Shown in pieces: positions 20,710-29,314 of a stretch of 64,000 nt of DNA (positions are counted from its first letter, which is position 1; every line of letters starts with the position of its first letter). Source of the stretch: Gemmatimonadota bacterium (GTDB lineage Bacteria > Gemmatimonadota > Gemmatimonadetes > Gemmatimonadales > GWC2-71-9); assembly GCA_039591655.1 (NCBI GenBank), contig JBDHDE010000001.1, forward strand, positions 32,001 through 96,000. The letters run 5' to 3'. Below the pieces are notes generated by a model. It was not told where the DNA came from, did no database searches, and worked only from the letters and a program-made list of their open reading frames with translations. The position numbers and the translations under genes were made by a program.

Positions 20710-20827
20710 GGGGAAAAGAACGCTGCGGTCTGCTGAGCCCGGGCTTGCGTGGTCCCGCTCGTCCCCTCCCGACGAGATACCTTGCCTGGCGGCAGGTTGC
20801 TCAGCAAACCGCAGTGTCGTCTTCTGC
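20710..20827 (-). ncRNA. Candidate structured non-coding RNA of unknown family
   Basis: 26-nt imperfect closing stem 20713-20738/20799-20824 enclosing two to three hairpins; wobble pattern favours the minus strand; sigma54-like element upstream. Confidence 0.5.
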
Positions 20828-20838
20828 GGTATTCAATC

Positions 20839-20882
20839 GGAATATCTGTGCCACGGCTGCGCCCGCGCGTAAGCAGTTGAGT
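20839..20882 (-). promoter_or_regulatory. sigma54-like -24/-12 element plus IHF-like site
   Basis: TGGCACAGATATTCC (20853-20839; one mismatch to TGGCAC-N5-TTGC) and ACTCAACTGCTTA (20882-20870; one mismatch to WATCAANNNNTTR). Confidence 0.45.
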
Positions 20883-20966
20883 TGCTGTAGCTTAGCGGTC
20901 CGTGGCACCGCTTCGCACCACCCGGGTTGACCGGTATTCGGCACGGCGGCTCGCAAAATAGGACAC

Positions 20967-23306
20967 TCAACCAGGCGGTTGAAGTTGTCCCGGGCTGGTC
21001 GCCGCCCCCAGCCGGACCCACCGCAGCGAGGTGACGAAGGCCAGGGCGTACATGCCAAGAGCCAACAGGTAGAGCGAGCGGAAGCCGAAGTACATCGAGT
21101 TGTACTCCAGAAACCCTCCCAACATCGCGCCGAACAGGTTGGACGATAGCGCCACCGCCACCGAGGAGGACCGCTTGAGCTCGGATGAGAACGCGAAGCC
21201 GGAGAAGAACAGCGGTAGGGTGAGCAAACCGGTGAGCAGGACACGCCCGAGCCACGGCGCCAGGGCGCTCAGATCCGCCGTCCCCAGCAACATGCCGGCG
21301 ATCAGCGAGGCACCCAGGAGGCCGTAGGTCACGATGGGCCGGGGCGCCCCGACGCGGATCACGGCCAGGTTGGCCAGGAAGGCCATGATGAGGATCGCGG
21401 CAATCACCGCGCCGACCACGATCCAGGTGCTGCCATAGACCAGGGCCAGCTCGGTGATGCCCTTGGTCTCGACCAGCATGAACCCCGCGCCAAGGAAGAA
21501 GCACGGCGCGGACCATGCGCCTCGGCCTCCGGGTGTGAGCTGGCGGAGCAGTACCACAGACAGGAGGAGCAACACCACGATCATGGCGAGATACGTGCTC
21601 GGATAAGTGCGGACCGGCATGTAGAAGAACGGCCAGTCGTCGGTCGAGACGTCTGCCCGCAGCGTATCCTGGGCGAACAGGGAGCTCTGCCGGATGTCAC
21701 GCGTCGCGATGGGCGTTGCCGGACCGGTGAGTGACTCGCCGATCACGAAGGTGTACCCCTGGTCGTAGACCGTGCGGTACACGAGGGGTTCCTGGCCGTC
21801 GAACGCTTCCCGGAGCATCAGGTACAGCTTCCTGCCCAGGCCCGGGCTGACCACGCTGAAGGTCAGGCAAATGAGGCCGCCGTCCCGCAGCCGGGCCCGG
21901 GCCTCGCGGAATGCCTCGACCGTGTAGACGTAGGAGTCCAGCCGCACCCCCCCGCGACCTGACAGCAGCGTGTGCGAGTCCAGCAGACCGTACACGATGA
22001 GGTCGTATTCCCGGTTTGTGCCGCGGATGTGGGCACGCGCGTCGTTCACGATCGCGGTGACGTTCTCCGCCCGGTAGGGCAGCGTCGGGTGCAGCAGCTT
22101 GCCGAACCTGAGAATCGCGGGATCGATCTCCACCGCGTCGATCTCCCCGGCGCCGAACTTGACGGCAGCCGCCACATCGTTGCCGGTGCCACTCCCGACG
22201 ATCAGCACCCGCTCGGGTGCGGGCTTGAAGCTATACGGAACCGCATAGTGACTCGCCCAACCGCTCACCTCGCCTTGCGGTGTGGAGTCGGCGCTAAGGT
22301 CCAGCAGCCGCTGGTAGTACACGTTGTTGACACGCACCTCTGGAGGTGCGTTGCCCGTCACGATCAACGTCAGGATCTGATATGGGGAGAAGACGTCCAG
22401 CTGGTTCGGCCGCAGTGACACTCCAAGGAGAGCAACGGCGCAGGCGCCGGCGACGGCGGTGGGAAGCAAGCTGCGCATGCGGGCGCGGAGGAACACCAGC
22501 AGCGCCAGCACGGCGGCCAGGTACCAGATCGCGGGCGGCGCCCACATGAACGACAGCACGTTGAACAGCACGATGCCGAGCAAGCTGCCGGCCAGGTTCC
22601 AGCTGTACGCGACCAGCTTGCCGCGCCGCAGCATGAGGCGGGACGCCAAATGCCCGAGGGGGATGAAGCAGACGGCGTTGAATGCGTACACCGCCACCAT
22701 GAAACCGTAGACCGCCATCGCCCGGCTGTAAGAGCCGGCGGAGTGGATCCCGAGCCCCAGTTGTTCGGTCACGGGAGTCTGCAGCGAGACCGCCACCGGG
22801 TGGTGCCGCAGCAGGTACATGAGCACGCCCTGCAACGCCAGGAGGGGCATCACGAGGGGCGTGGTGAGCGGCCGGCGGGGTCCGAGAACGTACCCGATGC
22901 CCAGTCCCAGGAAGCACGACAGGAGGCTCACGTTCTTGAAGTACGCGAAGAGCTGGAAGTAGGAGGCGTGCAGCCGGATCATCATCAGCTCGGCGTAGAG
23001 CCCCAGTCCGGCGGCGAGGGCGATGTATAGCCCCAGGCGTCGCGCGGGCAGCTCGTCGATGCCGTCGGTGTGCTCCTCCAGCAGCTTCACGATCCACGGC
23101 CACCAGCGGTGCCGGTTGAACCAGAGCGTGGCCACGAGGACTGCCAGGAGAATGGGGGAGTCGAACAAGAGGATGTCCGCCCACGACTCGAGAGGCTCGC
23201 TCCAGAACACGCCCATGGCGAACAACGTCCAGCCGACGCACACCACGGCGATGATGAGCCAGAACCACTGCTGCGCTCTTGTTGCGTGCACCGGCTCTCC
23301 GGTCAC
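20967..23306 (-). CDS. Polytopic membrane protein with central spermidine-synthase-like SAM-binding domain
   Basis: LIVGSGTGND, AVEIDP, VNDAR, YDLIVYG and TDDWPF between two TM blocks; RBS AAAGGAGG. Confidence 0.85.
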   Translation of the reverse strand: MTGEPVHATRAQQWFWLIIAVVCVGWTLFAMGVFWSEPLESWADILLFDSPILLAVLVATLWFNRHRWWPWIVKLLEEHTDGIDELPARRLGLYIALAAGLGLYAELMMIRLHASYFQLFAYFKNVSLLSCFLGLGIGYVLGPRRPLTTPLVMPLLALQGVLMYLLRHHPVAVSLQTPVTEQLGLGIHSAGSYSRAMAVYGFMVAVYAFNAVCFIPLGHLASRLMLRRGKLVAYSWNLAGSLLGIVLFNVLSFMWAPPAIWYLAAVLALLVFLRARMRSLLPTAVAGACAVALLGVSLRPNQLDVFSPYQILTLIVTGNAPPEVRVNNVYYQRLLDLSADSTPQGEVSGWASHYAVPYSFKPAPERVLIVGSGTGNDVAAAVKFGAGEIDAVEIDPAILRFGKLLHPTLPYRAENVTAIVNDARAHIRGTNREYDLIVYGLLDSHTLLSGRGGVRLDSYVYTVEAFREARARLRDGGLICLTFSVVSPGLGRKLYLMLREAFDGQEPLVYRTVYDQGYTFVIGESLTGPATPIATRDIRQSSLFAQDTLRADVSTDDWPFFYMPVRTYPSTYLAMIVVLLLLSVVLLRQLTPGGRGAWSAPCFFLGAGFMLVETKGITELALVYGSTWIVVGAVIAAILIMAFLANLAVIRVGAPRPIVTYGLLGASLIAGMLLGTADLSALAPWLGRVLLTGLLTLPLFFSGFAFSSELKRSSSVAVALSSNLFGAMLGGFLEYNSMYFGFRSLYLLALGMYALAFVTSLRWVRLGAATSPGQLQPPG

Positions 23307-23415
23307 GACTTGCCTCCTTTGGCCTCGGACTCTGCAACGCGGCCGTACCCCAGCCCGGCGGGCGGCGCTCGTGCGATGAGATGCGGCCTTTGCACGGGAG
23401 AAACTATGTCAGACA

Positions 23416-24645
23416 TCACACTCCCCGCAGCGCGGTCGGCCCACATCGGTCGCAGCCGCTGCACCGCGGCAGCTGCTCCCCGAGGTAGGCCAGGAGCACC
23501 CGCCGCCGGCAGCCCCTGGTGCTCACGTAGCGGCCCATGGTGCGCAGGCCCCGTCGCCGGGCCTCGCGCAGGGCCGCGGAGTCGTGTGACGCCGCCGTAC
23601 CCTCACCGGCGAGGCGCCGGGCCAAGGCCAGGTCCCCGGGGATCCACAACATCTCGCACCGGGCCGGGGATCCGTCACGGCCCGCCCGGCCCGCCTCTTG
23701 GAAGTAGGCCTCCGGTCGCGGTGGGACCCCGAGGTGGGCCACCAGCCGGACGTTGGGCTGGTCGATCCCCATCCCGAAGGCGTTGGTGGCCACGATTACG
23801 CGGACCCGGCCGTCCAGGAACCGGACCAGCAGGCCCTGCCGCGCGGAGCCCGGGAGCCCCGCATGGTAGGGCAGCGCGGCGTAGCCCCACTGCCTCAGGA
23901 TAGTGGCCACGCCGTCGGCCTGATTGCGCGTCGGTACGTAGACGATCGCGCTACCCTCGAGCGGCCCCAGCAGCCGGCCCAACTCCCTGAGCCGCTCGCG
24001 ATTGGCGGGATACCGCCGCGCTGCGAAGAAGAGATTCGGCCGGTCGAACGACTGCAGGATCCGCACGGGCCGCCGCAGCCGTAGCACACGGACGATGTCT
24101 CGCCGCGTCTCAGGAGTCGCCGTCGCAGTTACCGCTGTCGTGGGCGGTCTCCCCAGTGCCGCCCGGTGCGTGCCCAGCGCCCGGTAGTGCGGCCGGAAGT
24201 CGTGGCCCCACTCGCTGATGCAGTGGGCCTCGTCCACCGCGAGGAGGCTCGGGGGCCGCCGCAGCACCGCCACCAGCTGCCCCACCCGCTCCGGGGCCAC
24301 GTACAACAGCTTGATTCGGCCAGCCCGCAGGCCGGCCCACACGGCGCTCCGGGTCGCCGGCTTCTGGGTGCTGGAGAGGTAAGCGGCCGCCACGCCACGG
24401 GCGCGCAGGGCGGCGACCTGGTCCTGCATCAGCGAGATTAGAGGGGAGACCACGATGGCGAGCCCGGGCAGGGCCAGGGCCGGCACCTGGTAGCACAGGG
24501 ACTTCCCTCCCCCGGTGGGTAACACCGCCAGGCAGTCACGGCCTCGCAGCGCCGCCAGGACGGCGCGGCGCTGATGATGGCGGAACCCGTTAAAGCCCCA
24601 GAAACGTCCCAGGATGGCCTGGGCGTCGCTCAACGTAAGCTGCAC
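23416..24645 (-). CDS. recQ: RecQ family DNA helicase, short form
   Basis: LPTGGGKSLCYQ, VDEAHCISEWGHDFRP, ATNAFGMGID, QEAGRAGRDG; terminal Zn motif CRR..CSGCDRC. Confidence 0.92.
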   Translation of the reverse strand: MQLTLSDAQAILGRFWGFNGFRHHQRRAVLAALRGRDCLAVLPTGGGKSLCYQVPALALPGLAIVVSPLISLMQDQVAALRARGVAAAYLSSTQKPATRSAVWAGLRAGRIKLLYVAPERVGQLVAVLRRPPSLLAVDEAHCISEWGHDFRPHYRALGTHRAALGRPPTTAVTATATPETRRDIVRVLRLRRPVRILQSFDRPNLFFAARRYPANRERLRELGRLLGPLEGSAIVYVPTRNQADGVATILRQWGYAALPYHAGLPGSARQGLLVRFLDGRVRVIVATNAFGMGIDQPNVRLVAHLGVPPRPEAYFQEAGRAGRDGSPARCEMLWIPGDLALARRLAGEGTAASHDSAALREARRRGLRTMGRYVSTRGCRRRVLLAYLGEQLPRCSGCDRCGPTALRGV

Positions 24646-24759
24646 CCGCCGACCCTCGGAGGCAGTGAAGGTCGACGAAACGTGGGGTACCGTGAGGTAG
24701 TGGTGGGATTACACCGCCGCTCGGTGTATCACATCTCCGCGGTTGCTGCCTCCGTCGCT

Positions 24760-25704
24760 TCAGTACACCTCCAGGTCCTTCCCGTAGGCGACGCGGCCGT
24801 CCCACCCGCTCTCGACCTCGGCCACCAACTCCTCGGGCGTCGCGCCCCAAAGCAGCTGGTGGTACAGCACCAGCAGCTGCGGCCGGGCTCGGTGGGCGAG
24901 CGCCGCCAGCTGCAGGCTGGAGGTATGGGACTGAGCGTGATACGCCTGCCACACGGGCGCGCGACCCTCATAGCCGCTCTGCGAGTACACCTCGTGCACC
25001 AGCACGTCGCAGCCGTTGCAGTGCTCGACGACGCTCTCGCTCGGTGTGGCATCCCCGGAGACGACGATAGTTCGCCCCGCGCCCTCGAAGCGGAACCCGA
25101 AGGCATGATCCCACGATCCGTGGTGCACCGGAAACGCCGTTACCCGGACCTTGTCGTCCTGGTATACGAGGCCGGCGGAGATCTCGTGCACCTCTACGCG
25201 GTGGCCCCCGGGGTTTGCCGGCTCGAGCCCTTCCAAACGAATGGCGACGTCCTCGGCGTAGGCCTCGCTGAGGTGTCTCACCATGGCAGCGACGCCCGGC
25301 GGCCCGTACACCGCCAGGGGGCGGTCGCGTTCCAAGACCCAGGGCGTGAACATGAGGTCCGGGAGCCCCAGCGTGTGGTCGCTGTGGAGGTGTGTGAGGA
25401 AGACGATGTCGAGGTTCGGCGCGTCCAGAGCCGCCACCCCCCGGTCCCTGGCGGCATGGGCCCGCCGCACGATCCCGGGCCCGGCGTCCACCAGGTAGGG
25501 CCGCTCGTCCACTATCACGGCGAGGGCGGGGCCGGATCGCTCGGGCTCCGCGTTGGGCGTGCCCGTGCCCAGGAGCACCACACGGGCGCGGGACATGTCC
25601 GCGGGCCGCGCTCCCCCAGGTGCCGACTCCCCGCTCCCACACCCGGCGACCAGCGCCATGACCCCGAGCAGCAGCGACCGCGTCAGGTCACCGTGTCGCA
25701 GCAT
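24760..25704 (-). CDS. MBL-fold metallo-hydrolase (RNase Z/arylsulfatase-like), probable lipoprotein
   Basis: LLGTGTP, LVDAG, THLHSDH, SGD, LVHEV and SHT motifs; VAGC lipobox. Confidence 0.88.
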   Translation of the reverse strand: MLRHGDLTRSLLLGVMALVAGCGSGESAPGGARPADMSRARVVLLGTGTPNAEPERSGPALAVIVDERPYLVDAGPGIVRRAHAARDRGVAALDAPNLDIVFLTHLHSDHTLGLPDLMFTPWVLERDRPLAVYGPPGVAAMVRHLSEAYAEDVAIRLEGLEPANPGGHRVEVHEISAGLVYQDDKVRVTAFPVHHGSWDHAFGFRFEGAGRTIVVSGDATPSESVVEHCNGCDVLVHEVYSQSGYEGRAPVWQAYHAQSHTSSLQLAALAHRARPQLLVLYHQLLWGATPEELVAEVESGWDGRVAYGKDLEVY

Positions 25705-26209
25705 AGACAAAGACGTCCTGAGGCTCGGTGCCGAGGTTGGGAAACAGCATGTACCGGTGCAGCACGCCCTCGCGCACCATACCGGCCTTCTCCATGACCC
25801 TGGCCGAGGCGCCGTTGTCGACGTGACACATCGCCTGCACGCGGTAGATCTCCGGGAGCTCCAGCCCGAAGTCGATCACGGCGCGCACGGCCTCGGTTCC
25901 GTATCCCCGGCCCCAGTGAGATCGGGCGATGTTGAATCCGAACTCGGACCAGGGCGCATGAACGCGGAGGTGCATGGCGCCGATGACACCGCCGGCCGTC
26001 AGCGTCATGACCCAGGGGTAGCCGTCTTCTCCATGCTCCAGGAAGTGATCCAGGAACGCCACCGTCTCCTCCATGGAGCGGTGCGGCTTCCAGATGACGA
26101 ACCGGGCGACCTCCGGATCGGTGGCATACCCCTGGTAGATCGCCTCCGCATCCTCGCGGCGGGGTGGACGGAGGATCAGCCGCTCCGTCGCGATGGTGGC
26201 CAGGGGCAT
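25688..26209 (-). CDS. GNAT family N-acetyltransferase (RimJ/RimL-like)
   Basis: TERLILR, HWGRGYGTEA and NGASARVMEKAGM..EG. Confidence 0.9.
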   Translation of the reverse strand: MPLATIATERLILRPPRREDAEAIYQGYATDPEVARFVIWKPHRSMEETVAFLDHFLEHGEDGYPWVMTLTAGGVIGAMHLRVHAPWSEFGFNIARSHWGRGYGTEAVRAVIDFGLELPEIYRVQAMCHVDNGASARVMEKAGMVREGVLHRYMLFPNLGTEPQDVFVYAATR

Positions 26210-26244
26210 GCGGCTCGTCTCGGCGGCACTCGCGCAGGTGCGCG

Positions 26245-26778
26245 CTACTGGATGATCGATGCCACGTCGCCCGGCACCGCGGTGAACGTTCCCGCGAGCA
26301 TTACCGAGTCGTCCCCCACGAAAAAGCTCGTGGCGGAGAAACCGAACGAGCCCTGCAGCGTGTCTCCACTGGCGCTCGCGATAGTGAACGCGCCTGTGTC
26401 CGATACGAAGAACCCGAAGTCGGCCAGTGTCACCTGGTGGAGGTACGCGGCCGTGAAGTCGTCCGCCGTGCAGCTGGTGCAATCCCCGGGGAAGATCACG
26501 TAGTCGCCGGGACCGGGCGCCGTGGGGTTGTCCCGCCCGATCGTGATGAGATCGGAGTTGTTGGTCCCAGGCGTGCCGCGCACCATGGCCAGAACGAACA
26601 CGTCTTGACCCTGGACTTGGGCCGTCCCGTGGATCGCCTCCCCGCTCAGGTTGAGGCTCAGGTGGCCGCTCACGGTCGCCTGGAACGACCCTTGGGTCGC
26701 GGGCGCCGTGCTGTCGCCGCCGCACGCGGCCGCTGCCAGAAGCACGGCTCCCCAGAGCCACATCCGTTGCTTGACCAC
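26245..26778 (-). CDS. Hypothetical lipoprotein
   Basis: Signal peptide with AAAC lipobox, followed by a beta-rich body. Confidence 0.7.
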   Translation of the reverse strand: MVKQRMWLWGAVLLAAAACGGDSTAPATQGSFQATVSGHLSLNLSGEAIHGTAQVQGQDVFVLAMVRGTPGTNNSDLITIGRDNPTAPGPGDYVIFPGDCTSCTADDFTAAYLHQVTLADFGFFVSDTGAFTIASASGDTLQGSFGFSATSFFVGDDSVMLAGTFTAVPGDVASIIQ

Positions 26779-26801
26779 GCTTCCCCCTTTGCTCTCCTCG
26801 T

Positions 26802-27563
26802 CTACTTCTCCAGGAACCGCCCCACCGCTTCCTTGAAGTCCGGCGTGCTCCGTGCCACCGCGTTCACCTTCGCGCCCAGAGCGATGGCTTCCTCGAAGCT
26901 GCGCCCGTCGATTTCGTAGAGCTGCTGCTTGATGAATGCCAGGGCGGAGCCGCTGGCCCCCGCCACCTCGCCCAGCAGCGCCGTCGTGTCATCCTCGAAG
27001 CTCGCCGCCGGCAGGACCCGGGAGACCAGCCCGACCTGCCGCGCCTCCTCCGCCGAGAGCATCCGGCCCGTGCCCACCAGGTCGAACGCCACCTTCTCGC
27101 CCACGGCGCGCCTGAGCATCGCCATCACCATGGCCGGCACGAATCCACGGCGCACCTCCGGATAGCCGAAGGTTGCCTCGGCATGGGCGAAGACGAGATC
27201 ACAGGCGCTGGCTAGCCCGCAGCCGCCGGCAAGCGCCCTGCCGCGCACCACTGCCACCACGGGCTTGGGCAGCGACCGCATGCGTATGAAGACCCGGCCG
27301 AGGCGCATCGCCCCGGCCTCGTTCTCCCCCGGCGACTGGTCGGCCGACGCCAGCAACTCGGCTAGGTCGGCTCCGGCACAGAAGTCCTTGCCGGCCCCCC
27401 GGAGGGCCACCACTCGTACCGCGGCATCCAGGTCGGCGCGCTGCAACTGCTCGTGGAGCTGCTCCACCATCGGTGTGTCGAGGGCGTTGCGCTTCTCCGG
27501 ACGGTTCAGCGTGAGCTCCAGCACCCCGTCGCTCACCTGCGCCAGCACCCGTTCAGTCGACAT
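26802..27563 (-). CDS. Enoyl-CoA hydratase family, methylglutaconyl-CoA hydratase-like
   Basis: LNRPEKRNAL, FCAGADL, ALAGGCGL and PEVRRGFVPAMV; context with carboxyltransferase. Confidence 0.85.
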   Translation of the reverse strand: MSTERVLAQVSDGVLELTLNRPEKRNALDTPMVEQLHEQLQRADLDAAVRVVALRGAGKDFCAGADLAELLASADQSPGENEAGAMRLGRVFIRMRSLPKPVVAVVRGRALAGGCGLASACDLVFAHAEATFGYPEVRRGFVPAMVMAMLRRAVGEKVAFDLVGTGRMLSAEEARQVGLVSRVLPAASFEDDTTALLGEVAGASGSALAFIKQQLYEIDGRSFEEAIALGAKVNAVARSTPDFKEAVGRFLEK

Positions 27564-27879
27564 CGAAGCCTCGCGGTATCGGGATCTCCATCCGCAGTAG
27601 CGCGGTGGAGAGCACCTTGCCCTGTGCATCGGTCTTGAGGGAGAGGGTGCCGCCCCCACCGAGCGCTCCATGCAGCAGGAAGTTGAGCGCGTTGAGGTTG
27701 GGCAACTCGTAGCGCTCCACGTCACCGGTGATCAAGTCCCGGAAGTGTCGCGCCACGCGCTTGGCCGTCACGGCCTTCGCCAGGAGCGGGTAGTACTCGG
27801 GCTTGAGGGCGATGAGGCCGATGTTCGCCGTGTCACCCTTGTCGCCGGAGCGGGCGTGGGCCAGCCGGAGCAGCGGCAC
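27553..27879 (-). CDS. AtuA-related small protein (stand-alone C-terminal domain); start uncertain, could be 27924
   Basis: AHARSGDKGD, VERYELPNL.ALNF and LGGGG..SL.TDAQGK. Confidence 0.85.
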   Translation of the reverse strand: MPLLRLAHARSGDKGDTANIGLIALKPEYYPLLAKAVTAKRVARHFRDLITGDVERYELPNLNALNFLLHGALGGGGTLSLKTDAQGKVLSTALLRMEIPIPRGFDVD

Positions 27880-27913
27880 CGTTCTGCGAGGCTCGGAGGC
27901 TGCCGATCCGAGA

Positions 27914-29281
27914 TCAGGCTGCAAAGATCTCGACCTCCGGCACAACCTCCGACTTGGGAATCAGCGCCGGCCAGAAGGCCACGATCTCCTCGACCTTGGG
28001 CCGCCCGCCCGCGAATCCCGTGACGCTGGGAGGACCGTTCAGGATGAGGGGGGCGATCTCACGGGTGAAGCGCTGTACCGGGGCCGCCTCCCGTGCCCGG
28101 ACTCCCACGCGGAGCTGCACCTCGGCGATGTCGGGATCCGGCTCGCCAGCGAGGCGACCGTGGGTGGCATTCACCCCCACGTACTCGGTCAACACCTGCT
28201 CGAACCCCAGTCCCAGCCGCTCCAGCCGTTCCCGCAGGATCGCGTCGGCCCTGCGCGCCTTCTTGTAGGCGTCGGGCCAGGCGTACACCAGTGTGCCGAC
28301 CGCCTTGTAGCCGTACAGGTAGGAGATCGAGACCTTGTACGAGTCCGTCGCGGGCCGCCCCCGTATCCCGGAGACCCGTACCCGGTCCTTCCCTTCCTGC
28401 TCCAGGTGGATCGTGGTGAAGTCGGCGATCCCGTCGGGTGTGATGTACGTGCCGGGATCACCCATCTCGTACAGGAGCTGCTCGGTTACGCTTGCCACGG
28501 TCACCAACCCGCCCGTCCCGGAATGCTTGGTGACGGTGAACGTGCCGTCCTCGTCCATCTCGACGATCGGGTAGCCCGGATCGGCCATGTCCGGTATGCG
28601 CTCCCAATCCACGAGGCAGTTGCCCCCGGTGCACTGCGCCCCGCACTCGTTGATGTGGCCCGCAACGGTGCCGGCCGCGAGCCGGTCCCAGTCGTCCTCG
28701 GCCCACCCGAACTCGTGCAGCATGGGAGCCAGCGTGAGCCCGGTGTCGGTCACTCGACCCGTGATGACGATTGTGGCGCCCTGGCGCAGCGCTTCCACTA
28801 CCGGCCACGCACCCAGGTACACGTTGGCACTCTGCACTCGATCCCGCACCGTCTCGAGCGGCTCCCCGGTGTCGAGATTGACCAGCTTGCGGCCCCGGGC
28901 CATGAGCTCGTCGAGGCGGTCGAGGATGTCGTCGCCGGTCACCACTCCGACACGGACTCGTCCGCCCAGGCCGAGATTCTGTGCCGCCTCGTTCACGGCC
29001 TCACCGCACGCGCAGGGATTGACGCCGCCGGCGTTCGACGTGACATGGATACCGTGCTCGACGAGCTTGGGAAGCAGCCGCTCCATCAGCGGGACGAAGT
29101 CCTTGGCATAGCCAACCGCCGGATCCCGAGCGCGCTGCTTCTGCATGATGGACATCGTGACCTCGGCCAGGTAGTCCATCATCAGGTAGTCGATGGGCCC
29201 GCCCGTCACCTGGCGAACCGGCGCCTCGAGCCAATCGCCCCAGAAGCCCTGCCCCGATGCAATGCGAATGGTGCGCGTCAC
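27914..29281 (-). CDS. Acyclic terpene utilization AtuA family protein (DUF1446)
   Basis: [42 protein letters not shown] and EQLLYE. Confidence 0.92.
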   Translation of the reverse strand: MTRTIRIASGQGFWGDWLEAPVRQVTGGPIDYLMMDYLAEVTMSIMQKQRARDPAVGYAKDFVPLMERLLPKLVEHGIHVTSNAGGVNPCACGEAVNEAAQNLGLGGRVRVGVVTGDDILDRLDELMARGRKLVNLDTGEPLETVRDRVQSANVYLGAWPVVEALRQGATIVITGRVTDTGLTLAPMLHEFGWAEDDWDRLAAGTVAGHINECGAQCTGGNCLVDWERIPDMADPGYPIVEMDEDGTFTVTKHSGTGGLVTVASVTEQLLYEMGDPGTYITPDGIADFTTIHLEQEGKDRVRVSGIRGRPATDSYKVSISYLYGYKAVGTLVYAWPDAYKKARRADAILRERLERLGLGFEQVLTEYVGVNATHGRLAGEPDPDIAEVQLRVGVRAREAAPVQRFTREIAPLILNGPPSVTGFAGGRPKVEEIVAFWPALIPKSEVVPEVEIFAA

Positions 29282-29314
29282 CGTGACTCCGCCTGGCGTC
29301 CGACCCCGGCTACT

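Noticed and set aside
20710..20827. Identification of the hairpin RNA as SRP RNA, 6S RNA or tRNA-Sec
   Set aside because: It lacks the SRP helix-8 motif (CAGG..GRAA..AGCA), is too short and lacks the 6S central bubble, and has no TTC T-loop or CCA end
20903..20960. Plus-strand TGGCAC...GC and CGGCAC...GC as divergent sigma54 promoters
   Set aside because: GG-to-GC spacing is 9 and 11 nt rather than the strict 10, and there is no plus-strand gene downstream
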